NCBI GenBank assembly: GCA_965222605.1
Contig: OZ244960.1
Coordinates: 448,001-512,000, forward strand
DNA: 64,000 nt
Source: Candidatus Latescibacterota bacterium
Lineage (GTDB): Bacteria; Latescibacterota; UBA2968
Reading direction: 5' to 3'
Below, piece by piece: positions 10,640-19,981 of the stretch; within the stretch, counting starts at the first letter, position 1, and every line of letters begins with the position of its first letter. The notes under the pieces were generated by a model. The model ran no database searches and was not told the DNA's origin. It worked only from the letters and a program-made list of their open reading frames with translations. The position numbers were made by a program, and so were the translations under genes.

Positions 10640-11599
10640 ATGCGACAAATGCTTATTGCCTTTTTCATTCCGGCCTTATTGGGATTCTTCGCGGTTGCAT
10701 CTGCCCAACTACCGCCAGAGATCATGGTGGACAAACATTTGCTTCAGGCAGAACAGTTACTTGAGAAAAAAGACTATGCGGAAGCCTTCAAAGTGATGGA
10801 AAAGGTTATCGCGCTACAAAAAGAGCATAATCTCACATTGCCGGTCGAATTTCATTTCAAGTATGCACAGGTGGCTTTGGCAGCAGATTCTACCCGGATC
10901 GCGCTTGAGTCGGTGACAAGGTATCTATCGGCAACAGGGAGAGGGGGAGAGTTTTACAAGGAAGCACTGGCGTTGTTGATCGAGGCTGAAGGAATACCGA
11001 TCAGTACCGAGGAAACGTGTACTGGAAAGCCTTTAGGTTCGAGTTGCTGGATGGCATTGGCTGACCGTCCTGAATGCTATGTCTGGAACCCTTATCTTCA
11101 AGAGGACGAGACTGTAACCTGGTCTGGCAGGTGTTCGGGTAATGTGGCCCAGGGGGAAGGGACAATCACATGGGAGAATTGGGGGACAAGCCAGTACAAT
11201 CCGAACACGAAAGAATACGAGCCGATAAAATCAGCGTCAACATCTACGGGAGTCCTTCAGAAAGGCATAATGCACGGCAAATGGGTCGAACGTGACGAGA
11301 GAAGGACAGCGGAAGGCCCCTATGTGGATGGCAAGCGGCACGGGCATTGGGCCACACGTTACGCGAATGGAGGTGGAGAGGAAGGCCCCTATGTGAACGG
11401 CAAGAAGCATGGGCTTTGGGTTGATCATCACGCTTCCGGGTACAAAGATAAAGGTGAATATATAGACGGCAAAAGAGAAGGCAGGTGGTTAGTATTGGGT
11501 TTTGACATGTCCGATAATTTGACCTGCTGGTCCATAGTATATCGTGAAGGTGGAGAGGTAGGAAGAAATGAGTTAGATCGGGGAGCGTGTCAGTGGTGA
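10640..11599 (+). CDS. Secreted protein with conserved N-module and MORN-like repeats (paralog of 575..2149)
   Basis: Same leader, ASA|QLPPEI, CxGxPxGSSCWMxL...PECY.WN linker and EGPYVxGKxHG repeats. Confidence 0.87.
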   Translation: MRQMLIAFFIPALLGFFAVASAQLPPEIMVDKHLLQAEQLLEKKDYAEAFKVMEKVIALQKEHNLTLPVEFHFKYAQVALAADSTRIALESVTRYLSATGRGGEFYKEALALLIEAEGIPISTEETCTGKPLGSSCWMALADRPECYVWNPYLQEDETVTWSGRCSGNVAQGEGTITWENWGTSQYNPNTKEYEPIKSASTSTGVLQKGIMHGKWVERDERRTAEGPYVDGKRHGHWATRYANGGGEEGPYVNGKKHGLWVDHHASGYKDKGEYIDGKREGRWLVLGFDMSDNLTCWSIVYREGGEVGRNELDRGACQW

Positions 11600-11902
11600 G
11601 CAAATCAGGCGTATTTATGTAATCAGAATGAGAGCGCGGTACCTGGTGTTCACCCGGGTTGCCGCGGCGGATCCATAGGAAAGACCGGGAGCGGTTGATG
11701 CAGGCGATTCGGAAGTCAAAGCTTCGGCAATGCCTGCTCTTTACCTCACTCGCCGAAACCGAACTTCGGAAAGTAATGCGTCCAGCCGGAGTCCGTGTGC
11801 TAAAGTTTGGGACAGCGAATGCGAAGAGACGGTCGCTGGCGAACAGATTCGCACTCGTGAGAAAGATATGTTGAAGTTCTCAATGGTGGACTCCAGCAGG
11901 GC
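11600..11902 (+). repeat. Second diverged copy of the ~300 bp segment at ~2160-2503
   Basis: Shared blocks AATCAGG.GTATTTATG, CCTGGTGTTCACC.GG.TTGCCGCGG, CTCGCCGAAACCGAACTTCGGAA and ATGTTGAAGTTCTCAATGGTGGA. Confidence 0.85.
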
Positions 11903-11909
11903 AACGGTC

Positions 11910-11948
11910 AGAGGCATACTTTAGCTTTGACGGGTGAAGTATGCCTCT
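11910..11948. repeat. REP-like palindrome (12-bp perfect stem)
   Basis: AGAGGCATACTT ... AAGTATGCCTCT, with a GTAG foot on the minus strand. Confidence 0.55.
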
Positions 11949-12035
11949 ACTGTTAATGCGGAAAATAAGCATATAACGTAATACCCCATAATTCAAGACA
12001 AAAATGCAAGGAACAGTAAGACATCGGAGGTTCCA

Positions 12036-14390
12036 ATGGCAGTCAATCACAGTGAATCGTATGTATGTCCTCCCAAGTGTAAGTCATTCAAGATTCCAAA
12101 GGACATCCTGAATGAAGAACTTGAAGTCATACGCAAGAGGCGGGAAGCTGTTCGTTGCGAGTCCTCGGATGAGACGCAGGCTGAAGCCAAGTCTGATGAA
12201 CAAAAAGCCGAAGAACCGAAACTCAAAAAAAATCTCGTTGGTCTGGCACTTTCCGGGGGAGGAATCCGGTCAGCGACTTTCTCACTGGGGGTTATGCAAA
12301 GACTCGCCAAAGAGGGTTGCCTCAAACATGTAGATTATCTCTCGACGGTTTCCGGAGGCGGATACATCGGAGGTGCTTTGACATGGCTCCTCAGTAACAA
12401 AGTTAGAAAACTAAGGAAAGACGAAGATCCCTGGAACACCAGTGCAAATTTCCCGTACGGCGTTAAAGATCCGAGAGAAGAACGACGACGCAAGAACGAG
12501 TCCAATATTCTCAAACATCTGCGATTACACGGCAAATACCTCATATCCGGCAACGGGATCACGACAACATCGCTAATCGCCGTGATTCTCCGGGGCATTC
12601 TTCTCAACCTTTTGGTGTGGCTACCGCTGGTGGTCTTGCTTATGGTCACGCTCATACGTGCATCACGCGTCAGTTGGGATAGTATATGCAATGTCCTTAA
12701 GGAGTTTTGCCAAGCATGCTGGGATGATATATGTAATACCACCAAGGAATTATTTAGTTGGGATGATATATGTAATACCGTCAAGGAGTTTTGCCAAACA
12801 TACAATAAGGATGAACTTGATTTACTGATTTATCTCGCTGTCCTACTGGGGTTCTTGTTCCTACTTGTCAGCATTCTTTATTCTCTGTTCACTCGGAAAT
12901 TCCTGCTTAAAATTCTCAAAGACCCATATCTGTGCCGACGAAATTTTGAAAAGTGGATCCGGTGGGTACTGTGGATAGGTCTGGGGCTACTCATAGTGGG
13001 ATCCCTTCCGGCGGTGGCGGGATGGTTGAAAAACCCCAACGCAAATGGAATCGGCGGCATTGCGTCACTCTTTCTCGGCATCGTTAGCGGTTTATGGTCT
13101 TTTTATCGGTCGGGTCACAACGGAAAGGGAAAGATCTCCCTCAATATTCTCGCGCCGCTTGCGTCCATCCTGTTTCTCTATGGACTGGCGTTGGTGTCGT
13201 ATGAGCTTGCCGTATTGTACTTTAAGACTGACATCGCTGGAAAGTGGATGTTATGGGGATGTGTAGCCTTGTCGTTTTTGACGGGCTGGTATGTGAATCT
13301 CAATTATATCTCGATCCACCGCTACTATCGGGACCGTCTCATGGAAGCTTTCATGCCCTGCCCTAATACGGACGGAAAACCCGCTGCCGCAATAAAGGCC
13401 GACAAGGCGGAACTGAGTGACATGTGGAATAAGCACGCGCCTTATCATCTGGTGAATACCAATGTGATTCTGGTTAATTCGGACGATTCCAGACGGCGGG
13501 TGAGGGGTGGCGATGCCTTTCTTCTTTCGCCAAAGTATTGCGGTAGCACAGCGACGGGTTGGAGAAAAACCGCCTGTTATATGCAGAAAGACCCCCTCAC
13601 TCTGGCAACAGCAGTAGCCATATCTGGAGCTGCCGCCAATCCGAACACAGGTGCCGAGGGATCAAGCCCTACACGAAAACCTTTGTTGTCCCTGCTGATG
13701 GCCTTGCTGAACGTACGCCTCGGTTATTGGGTCCCACATCCCAACCCTGACAAATCCAGGTCCCAAAAGGTCGGGAATCACTTTCGCGCCGCCTACCACG
13801 AACTGAGTCCGCGCGGCTATAAAGAACACCAGAAGTTGCTCCAAATTAGTGACGGCGGTCATTTCGAAAACCTTGGTGTATATGAGTTGGTGCGCCGCAA
13901 AGTAAAGCTAATCATCTGTTGCGACGGCAGTGCTGACCCCGCGTTTAGTTTTTCAGATTTGCAAGTTCTGGTGCGCCGGATCGACACTGACTTCGGGGCA
14001 AAAATCAAATTTGACAAAAACAACTATCTGGAACGCATCATTCCCCGCGATCCAGACCCCCAAAAGGTCATTGACCGAGATCCGAACACCGACGCTTATC
14101 CCGTCGGTATCAAGTTTGCGGAACGAGGCTATATCAAAGGCAAAATTATCTACCCGGATGGGACCAAGGGTACGCTGATCCTGCTCAAAACAACAATGAT
14201 TAAGGGCCTTGGCATACGGCTCAAAGGCTACAAAGGCGCAAACCCTGATTTTCCCGACCAGAGCATTACCGATCAGTTTTTCGATGAAGAACAGTTTGAA
14301 GCATACCGTGAACTGGGTTACGAGATTGCCAGGAGAATGATAAACGACCCGAGGATAGGCCTCCGGACACTGCTGGATGATTGCAGATGA
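12036..14390 (+). CDS. Multi-pass membrane patatin/cPLA2-like phospholipase
   Basis: Motifs GLALSGGGIRSA, YLSTVSGG and SDGGHFENLG, with a central block of 6-7 TM helices. Confidence 0.88.
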   Translation: MAVNHSESYVCPPKCKSFKIPKDILNEELEVIRKRREAVRCESSDETQAEAKSDEQKAEEPKLKKNLVGLALSGGGIRSATFSLGVMQRLAKEGCLKHVDYLSTVSGGGYIGGALTWLLSNKVRKLRKDEDPWNTSANFPYGVKDPREERRRKNESNILKHLRLHGKYLISGNGITTTSLIAVILRGILLNLLVWLPLVVLLMVTLIRASRVSWDSICNVLKEFCQACWDDICNTTKELFSWDDICNTVKEFCQTYNKDELDLLIYLAVLLGFLFLLVSILYSLFTRKFLLKILKDPYLCRRNFEKWIRWVLWIGLGLLIVGSLPAVAGWLKNPNANGIGGIASLFLGIVSGLWSFYRSGHNGKGKISLNILAPLASILFLYGLALVSYELAVLYFKTDIAGKWMLWGCVALSFLTGWYVNLNYISIHRYYRDRLMEAFMPCPNTDGKPAAAIKADKAELSDMWNKHAPYHLVNTNVILVNSDDSRRRVRGGDAFLLSPKYCGSTATGWRKTACYMQKDPLTLATAVAISGAAANPNTGAEGSSPTRKPLLSLLMALLNVRLGYWVPHPNPDKSRSQKVGNHFRAAYHELSPRGYKEHQKLLQISDGGHFENLGVYELVRRKVKLIICCDGSADPAFSFSDLQVLVRRIDTDFGAKIKFDKNNYLERIIPRDPDPQKVIDRDPNTDAYPVGIKFAERGYIKGKIIYPDGTKGTLILLKTTMIKGLGIRLKGYKGANPDFPDQSITDQFFDEEQFEAYRELGYEIARRMINDPRIGLRTLLDDCR

Positions 14391-14541
14391 TTAAAACACG
14401 CGCTCATTTTGTTCGCAATCGGTTTCCCGTTGGAGTTACCCTGTTTTGGTGGAGTATTTAAGGCTTGGGTTCAAGCCTGTGGCCAATGCAGTTTGCCTTT
14501 TCATCACAGGATAGACCTCTCCTGTGCAGACTCTGCAAATC

Positions 14542-14935
14542 CTAATCCGCCTTTAATCCGCGTCCATCTGCGTTCATCTGCGGATAGCTTTTCTCCACCA
14601 CTGGCAACATCACCTTAAACGTCGTGCCCTCCCCCTGTTCGCTCTCGACAGTGATCTGTCCATCGTGATTGCGAACAATAGCATAAATAATCGACAATCC
14701 CAAACCCGTGCCTTGGTCGGCATCTTTTGTCGTAAAAAAAGGCTCAAAAAGACGTTGCCGGGTCGCCTCATCCATCCCAACCCCATTATCCTCTACCTCG
14801 ATAACAACCGCATCGTTCTCAGCACGCGTTCGGATCTGGATCCGCTTATCATAGCCCCCTCCATCTCAGCGCGCTCATCTACTGTGTCCCGAGCATTTGA
14901 CAGCAAATTGAGAACAACCTGCTCGAGCGGGGATG
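14542..14935 (-). pseudogene. Histidine kinase HATPase_c remnant, frameshifted and 5'-truncated
   Basis: LEQVVLNLLSNARD (N box) is followed by a frameshift in a G-run near 14855, then EVEDNGVGM...FEPFFTTK...GTGLGLSI...GTTF. Confidence 0.8.
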
Positions 14936-15090
14936 CGGATACCCCTATACCTTTGGGAGCGCGTCAGAAAGATCCAGCGCGAGATCAATCCCGTGTTTGG
15001 AACAGGTCAAATATGCTTGCTTATCGCGCCGGAAAATATATTTTGGGCGCGATAGGTGTGTCTTTTCAACAACGGAAAGAAAGGTGCATT

Positions 15091-17361
15091 ATGAAGCGTT
15101 TGTGTATCCTGCTTGTGGTCATTGCAATTTGTTTATGGCTGCCTCTGGCGCACACCTCACAATCCAGACCGCTCCCCGACTTTGACGGGAATGGCGCTGT
15201 GGATTTTCCAGACTTCTTGCTTTTTGTCGGCAAATTTGGCTCAAAACAAGGTGATGAGAGGTATGAAGACCGATTCGATCTGGATGGCAATGGCGCGATT
15301 GACTTTTCAGATTTTCTGAGCTTCGTCAACGACTTCGGTAAAGCGTCTCTTGAGGGTGGTGATGAGAATGATGTGAATATACCCGATGCCAACCTGCGTG
15401 CAGTGATTGCAGACAGTCTTGGCAAGGCGCGCGATGAGGCCATCACACGGGTAGAGATGGCAACCCTGACGCACCTTGAGGCCCAGGATGCGAATATCAG
15501 CGATTTGACCGGGTTGCAGTTTGCTACCAATCTGACATACCTGTGGCTTACTGGCAACCCAATAAGCGACCTTTCCGCGTTATGTGATCTGACTAAACTG
15601 AGAGAGCTGATTCTTTTTGGAAACGCAATAACAGATATATCCACGCTGGCCAACCTTCAAAATGTGGGACACCTGAATCTTGGTGGCAATAACATCTCGG
15701 ATATATCCGCCCTGGCGAACCTGACCAACTTGAGTTGGCTGTCGGTTGGCGACAATGCAATAACAGATCTCTCTGCGCTGGCAAACCTGACAAATTTGGA
15801 TTGGTTGGATATTAGCGGCATGAGCATCTCGGATATATCCGCCCTATCTAACCTGACAAATTTAAGGGAACTGAATCTTGACTACACCGGCATCACAGAC
15901 CTCTCTGCGCTATCTAATTTGACAAATCTGACCAGGTTGGGACTTACCACCAACGCAATAACAGATATATCCGCCCTGGCGAACCTGATTAATCTGGAAT
16001 CTCTGGATCTTGGCAGCAATAGCATCTCGGATATCTCTGCGCTTTCTAACTTGACAAATCTGACATACCTGAATCTCAGCGATAACACAATTTCGGATAT
16101 TTCCCCCCTTGTGGCAAATACGGGCATAGGCGGTGAAGACAGGGTTTTTGTGGCAAACAACCCGTTAAGTGCCGAATCGCTCACCACACACCTGCCAGCC
16201 CTTTACAGCAGATTTGACAAAAGTGCGTATCGTGGGCCATGTGTTCCAATCCTTCCAAAAAATCTTTCCGTAGATGCGGGGAGTTCTCACACTTTACAAT
16301 CCAATTACCTGTACGTTGATCACGAGGGAATAAGGCCGGAAGGCCAACGCGGAGGTTTTGCTGCCGTGGCGTATGCCGATTTTAATGAAGACGGTCACAT
16401 CGATATCTTTTATGCACCGAGTGATGGTTGGCAGCACAATACATTTCCCGCGGAGTTGTATCTCAACGATGGCGCAGGGTGTTTCTCCCTTGACGCCAAT
16501 TTCTTTAATGGGAATCCACCGCGTCGGTTAGCACCGCGAAAGGCCCTCCCGGGGGATTTCAACGGAGATGGCCGAATGGACGTTTTTGTGTTGTGCCATG
16601 GCTATGACCAACCACCATTTCCTGGAGAGGCGTCGTATGTGATTCTTTCATCGGCAAACGGATACGTGCTTGGCAGCGGGTTGGACACCTTTATTGGATT
16701 TCAACACGGCGGCGCATCAGGCGATATTGATGCCGATGGGGATATCGATGTATTCGTCACCCACTTAAACTCCAACCAGGCACCGTTTTTTCTCATCAAT
16801 GATGGCAGTGGCTCATTTACAATGGATACAGATCGGACCGAAGGCCTCGCCCATAAGGCGCTATTTACGGCTGAGTTGGTTGATGTTGATGGCGACGACT
16901 TTCTGGACCTGTTGGTTGGAGGTCACGAGTACAACCCCGAAGGAGGGATTTTCCCAACTCAGATCCTGTGGGGTGATAGCACCGGTGTATTCAGCACAAC
17001 CAAAGCGACGAGTCTGCCAGGTGTCGTCGGTCACGGTGTTGTTCCCGACATTGATGTAAGCGACACAGATGGGGATGGTGACAAAGATATCGTGATCAAT
17101 CGAACAGGAAGTGGCGATGAAAACCACCGTTTTTATCAAGGATACTACCTCCAGCTGGTTGAGCAGGTCGGCGTGCGCCGCTTCGAGGATAAGACGGCAC
17201 AGTTACTTTTCAAAAACGAAGACATCAATGCCGATTGGATCACCTGGATCCGCATGTGCGATTGCAATAGCGACGGGCATGTGGATATCGTGGCTGATGA
17301 TGATATCGGTAGAATCTTCATCTGGGAGAATGACGGAACCGGCGCATTTCGGCCGCGATAA
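15091..17361 (+). CDS. Secreted protein: dockerin-like double EF-hand, internalin-like LRRs, FG-GAP/VCBS repeats
   Basis: Signal peptide from ATG 15091. Two DFDGNGAVDFxDF motifs, IPDANLRAVI cap, ~10 ISDISALxNLTNL repeats, and DFNxDGxxD repeats. Confidence 0.88.
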   Translation: MKRLCILLVVIAICLWLPLAHTSQSRPLPDFDGNGAVDFPDFLLFVGKFGSKQGDERYEDRFDLDGNGAIDFSDFLSFVNDFGKASLEGGDENDVNIPDANLRAVIADSLGKARDEAITRVEMATLTHLEAQDANISDLTGLQFATNLTYLWLTGNPISDLSALCDLTKLRELILFGNAITDISTLANLQNVGHLNLGGNNISDISALANLTNLSWLSVGDNAITDLSALANLTNLDWLDISGMSISDISALSNLTNLRELNLDYTGITDLSALSNLTNLTRLGLTTNAITDISALANLINLESLDLGSNSISDISALSNLTNLTYLNLSDNTISDISPLVANTGIGGEDRVFVANNPLSAESLTTHLPALYSRFDKSAYRGPCVPILPKNLSVDAGSSHTLQSNYLYVDHEGIRPEGQRGGFAAVAYADFNEDGHIDIFYAPSDGWQHNTFPAELYLNDGAGCFSLDANFFNGNPPRRLAPRKALPGDFNGDGRMDVFVLCHGYDQPPFPGEASYVILSSANGYVLGSGLDTFIGFQHGGASGDIDADGDIDVFVTHLNSNQAPFFLINDGSGSFTMDTDRTEGLAHKALFTAELVDVDGDDFLDLLVGGHEYNPEGGIFPTQILWGDSTGVFSTTKATSLPGVVGHGVVPDIDVSDTDGDGDKDIVINRTGSGDENHRFYQGYYLQLVEQVGVRRFEDKTAQLLFKNEDINADWITWIRMCDCNSDGHVDIVADDDIGRIFIWENDGTGAFRPR

Positions 17362-17425
17362 GCACAGAAGCCAATTCACCGCTTGATATTTTATTAGAGA
17401 ACGACGGTATCGCAGGCCGTTTTGT

Positions 17426-17962
17426 TTAGCTATCAAGTCTTGATAGCGCGACCTGCGCATAGCAGGCACTTTGTCCTGGATATTGCTCCTCGATCATTTG
17501 CCAAAATTTCCTTCTTTGTCTCTCCTTACTTTGAAGCTGGAGTAACGGCTGTAACCGATAGACAGATAGGGAATCCAGTTTTGGGTCTGAGTCATCCAGA
17601 TTGAGAATAAAATCTTTGATTTTCTCATCCAGTTTGAGCAACTGTAGAATCAAGCGGGTTTTCGTTCTCGAAATTCCCACCTGTTTTGCAAGTGCGGTTT
17701 GAGATTGAACATAGCCCTTTTCAAGCAGTTCGTGATAGTACAGGGCTTTTTTGAGATAGTTGGGTTGGTGCAGTTTTTGGATAAGTAATTGTTTTTTCTT
17801 TTTATGCCCGATTGCGATAATAGGTTTATTATTCCTGCGGATGTGATGGATGGGGAAGTGGTCCCATACGGTAAAAAGTTCAGTGAGTGGATCAGTTGGG
17901 CTACCAAAAAAATAAGGGAACCGATATTTTCGGTTCCCTTTTATTCTATCTCTCATCTCCAT
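17426..17962 (-). CDS. HTH-containing protein of the ParB-C-like type seen in mobile elements
   Basis: LLEKGYVQSQTALAKQVGISRTKTRLILQLLKL. Start overlaps the upstream stop (TGATG). Confidence 0.55.
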   Translation of the reverse strand: MEMRDRIKGNRKYRFPYFFGSPTDPLTELFTVWDHFPIHHIRRNNKPIIAIGHKKKKQLLIQKLHQPNYLKKALYYHELLEKGYVQSQTALAKQVGISRTKTRLILQLLKLDEKIKDFILNLDDSDPKLDSLSVYRLQPLLQLQSKERQRRKFWQMIEEQYPGQSACYAQVALSRLDS

Positions 17963-18339
17963 CAGGCATCGAGCAAGGATCGAAACGCAGCTTTGAAATT
18001 GTGTGGTGCTCTCCGCCAGAGTTGAATTCCCTCAATAATATCATCGGTTTCTGATTTGAATATCGGTTGCAACGCTTTCCTCAGTTCCGCGACCTGTATT
18101 ATTTCCTGACCGGTTTTTTGATCCGTCAACAAATCTTCGACACTTCTGCCCAACACATCTGCAATTTTTGCCAACACGGGAATTGACCCGCGCTGCTTGC
18201 CCTTTCGAATATCGCTGAAATAGGGCGCACTAATCCCAACCATTTTGGCAATTTCCTGGCCCTGTAAACCCGATTCGCGTTGCCAGCGCCGAATTTTCTC
18301 ACCTGCTATTTCTTTATTGTACAGCTCTCGCCCTGTCAT
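17962..18339 (-). CDS. XRE-family HTH transcriptional regulator
   Basis: KIRRWQRESGLQGQEIAKMVGISAPYFSDIRKGKQRGS...IADVLG. RBS AAGGAG, with ATGA overlap with the methyltransferase stop. Confidence 0.85.
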   Translation of the reverse strand: MTGRELYNKEIAGEKIRRWQRESGLQGQEIAKMVGISAPYFSDIRKGKQRGSIPVLAKIADVLGRSVEDLLTDQKTGQEIIQVAELRKALQPIFKSETDDIIEGIQLWRRAPHNFKAAFRSLLDA

Positions 18340-19109
18340 GCATACACTCCTTTTTTCAAGTGAGAATGTTTCACCACCTCGACCAACCACGCAATGTCGT
18401 TCAGGTCGTGAAACGCTATATCCTCGGCTCCAATACCACACGCACCGAGATTGGACGCGATACTGTCTTGCGTCCACCTTGCAGACCAAAAGCCTTCGGC
18501 AGTCGCCACAAATCGCGACCCCAAAGGCGTCACAACGCGCTGTTCTGTATGCTCGTAGAAATCGACCTGTGCGGCTTCTGTTTCCGGCACATCCTTGTAC
18601 ATGGTGAGAAATGTGGAACCGCCGACTTTCAGAGCGCGATAGAAACGAGAGATCGTCCGGATAAACCGCGGATTGCGGTCGAGATAGGCGTCGCTGTACA
18701 GGCTGAGATCATCGGATTTATCCCTGATGTTGCCCGGGGTAAAATACAGACAGAAGACGAGGTCGTAAAACGCTTCCTCAACCACTGCCTCGGCGGCGTC
18801 GCCTATAAATATCTGTGCGTTGTCAATGCGTTCTTTCTCCCACAGCGCGCGTGCGTCTTCAGCCATTGCGGGCGATATTTCAAAGCCGTGATACAAAAGA
18901 CAGTGTGGTGCGAATAGCACGGCGTGATAGCCATTGCCACACCCGATATCCGCAATTTTGTATGGGCCATGCCGAAGTCGCTCGCTGAGTATCTCGTCTT
19001 GTACCTGCCGCGCCTCTCTAATCGGCTCGGGGCAATAGGACGACTCAAGCGCGCGCTTGACAGCTTCATTTTCAGATTCCAGCGATATATTGCTCACCAT
19101 TCCCCTCAC
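18336..19109 (-). CDS. Class I SAM-dependent methyltransferase
   Basis: Motifs IADIGCGNG, GFEISPAM, GDA and FYDLV. Exact start uncertain. Confidence 0.85.
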   Translation of the reverse strand: MRGMVSNISLESENEAVKRALESSYCPEPIREARQVQDEILSERLRHGPYKIADIGCGNGYHAVLFAPHCLLYHGFEISPAMAEDARALWEKERIDNAQIFIGDAAEAVVEEAFYDLVFCLYFTPGNIRDKSDDLSLYSDAYLDRNPRFIRTISRFYRALKVGGSTFLTMYKDVPETEAAQVDFYEHTEQRVVTPLGSRFVATAEGFWSARWTQDSIASNLGACGIGAEDIAFHDLNDIAWLVEVVKHSHLKKGVYA

Positions 19110-19112
19110 AGT

Positions 19113-19451
19113 CTAACCCGGTCTTAAATACTCACTCAACTTTCTCAATAGATGTTTGTGACGCTCTTCTGAAATGGAACCGATAGAGCCAAGCACGCCA
19201 TGACGCGGTAATACAGCGAGAAAGCTGAGTCGAATTAGGGATTTTGATTTCAGACCACTTGACTTGAAATCCACATCAGTTGGAGAAATAATTTCATCAA
19301 AATTTTCGACATACTGGTGTAGCTGCGTGCTTACACCGCAAACGAGCAGATCGTGATAGCGCGGCATTTCCCTCAGGAAAATTGCAGGTCTGTCCTTTAG
19401 TTCTCCATTAGCCTGAGGTACTGGTGTAAGAATGACGTCACCTTCCTTCAT
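19113..19451 (-). CDS. PemK/MazF-family toxin
   Basis: GDVILTPVPQANGELKDRPAI...VCGVST...SGLKSKSLIR...IGSIS. Confidence 0.85.
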   Translation of the reverse strand: MKEGDVILTPVPQANGELKDRPAIFLREMPRYHDLLVCGVSTQLHQYVENFDEIISPTDVDFKSSGLKSKSLIRLSFLAVLPRHGVLGSIGSISEERHKHLLRKLSEYLRPG

Positions 19452-19680
19452 AATTAGAATTTACCTCTTTGAGCAAGTCTGATGAATACTCAGGTTCGTT
19501 TTCTCCATAAGCGTCTTGTAGTCTTTGACTTGATAAATGCAGCCAGGATTCATGCTCATTGTCAGATTCTTGTCCTGGGAGAATCATAACAATCAGTTTC
19601 GCATTTGGTTTCAGGTCAAATGGCTCATCCAAGCAAATTTGCTCACCATCAAAATGGGCAGGCACTGCTATCATTGGCAT
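19438..19680 (-). CDS. Putative antitoxin of the PemK toxin
   Basis: Small acidic ORF overlapping the toxin start. AHFDGEQICLDEP...AYGENEPEYS. RBS AGGAGG. Confidence 0.65.
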   Translation of the reverse strand: MPMIAVPAHFDGEQICLDEPFDLKPNAKLIVMILPGQESDNEHESWLHLSSQRLQDAYGENEPEYSSDLLKEVNSNYEGR

Positions 19681-19981
19681 AATCATTTCCTCCTTAACTT
19701 TGATTTTTGCTTAGGGAATTAAATTATTCATACAGAAATCTGCTATGCAGGTCAAGTTGTAAATAACGACTATTCTATATTCCAAAACCCATACTGTATC
19801 AATTTTACAACACCTGTGCGAAAAAAACACACATACTGCCTTCTTTTTGACAAAATACGACATAATACAAAATACTATAAAATACAGGCACTTATATCAT
19901 TTCTTATTCAAAAATAATTTACGGCACGAATTTTGCATATACGATTACCCAGCCGGGGTCACACATTTTCAGGAGGTTACC

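Noticed and set aside
440-12000. Integron cassette array (many same-strand accessory genes)
   Set aside because: No convincing RYYYAAC...GTTRRRY attC stems and no integrase.
14665-15090. 142-aa N-terminal extension of the LRR ORF
   Set aside because: It is largely the antisense of the histidine kinase remnant. The signal peptide starts at ATG 15091.
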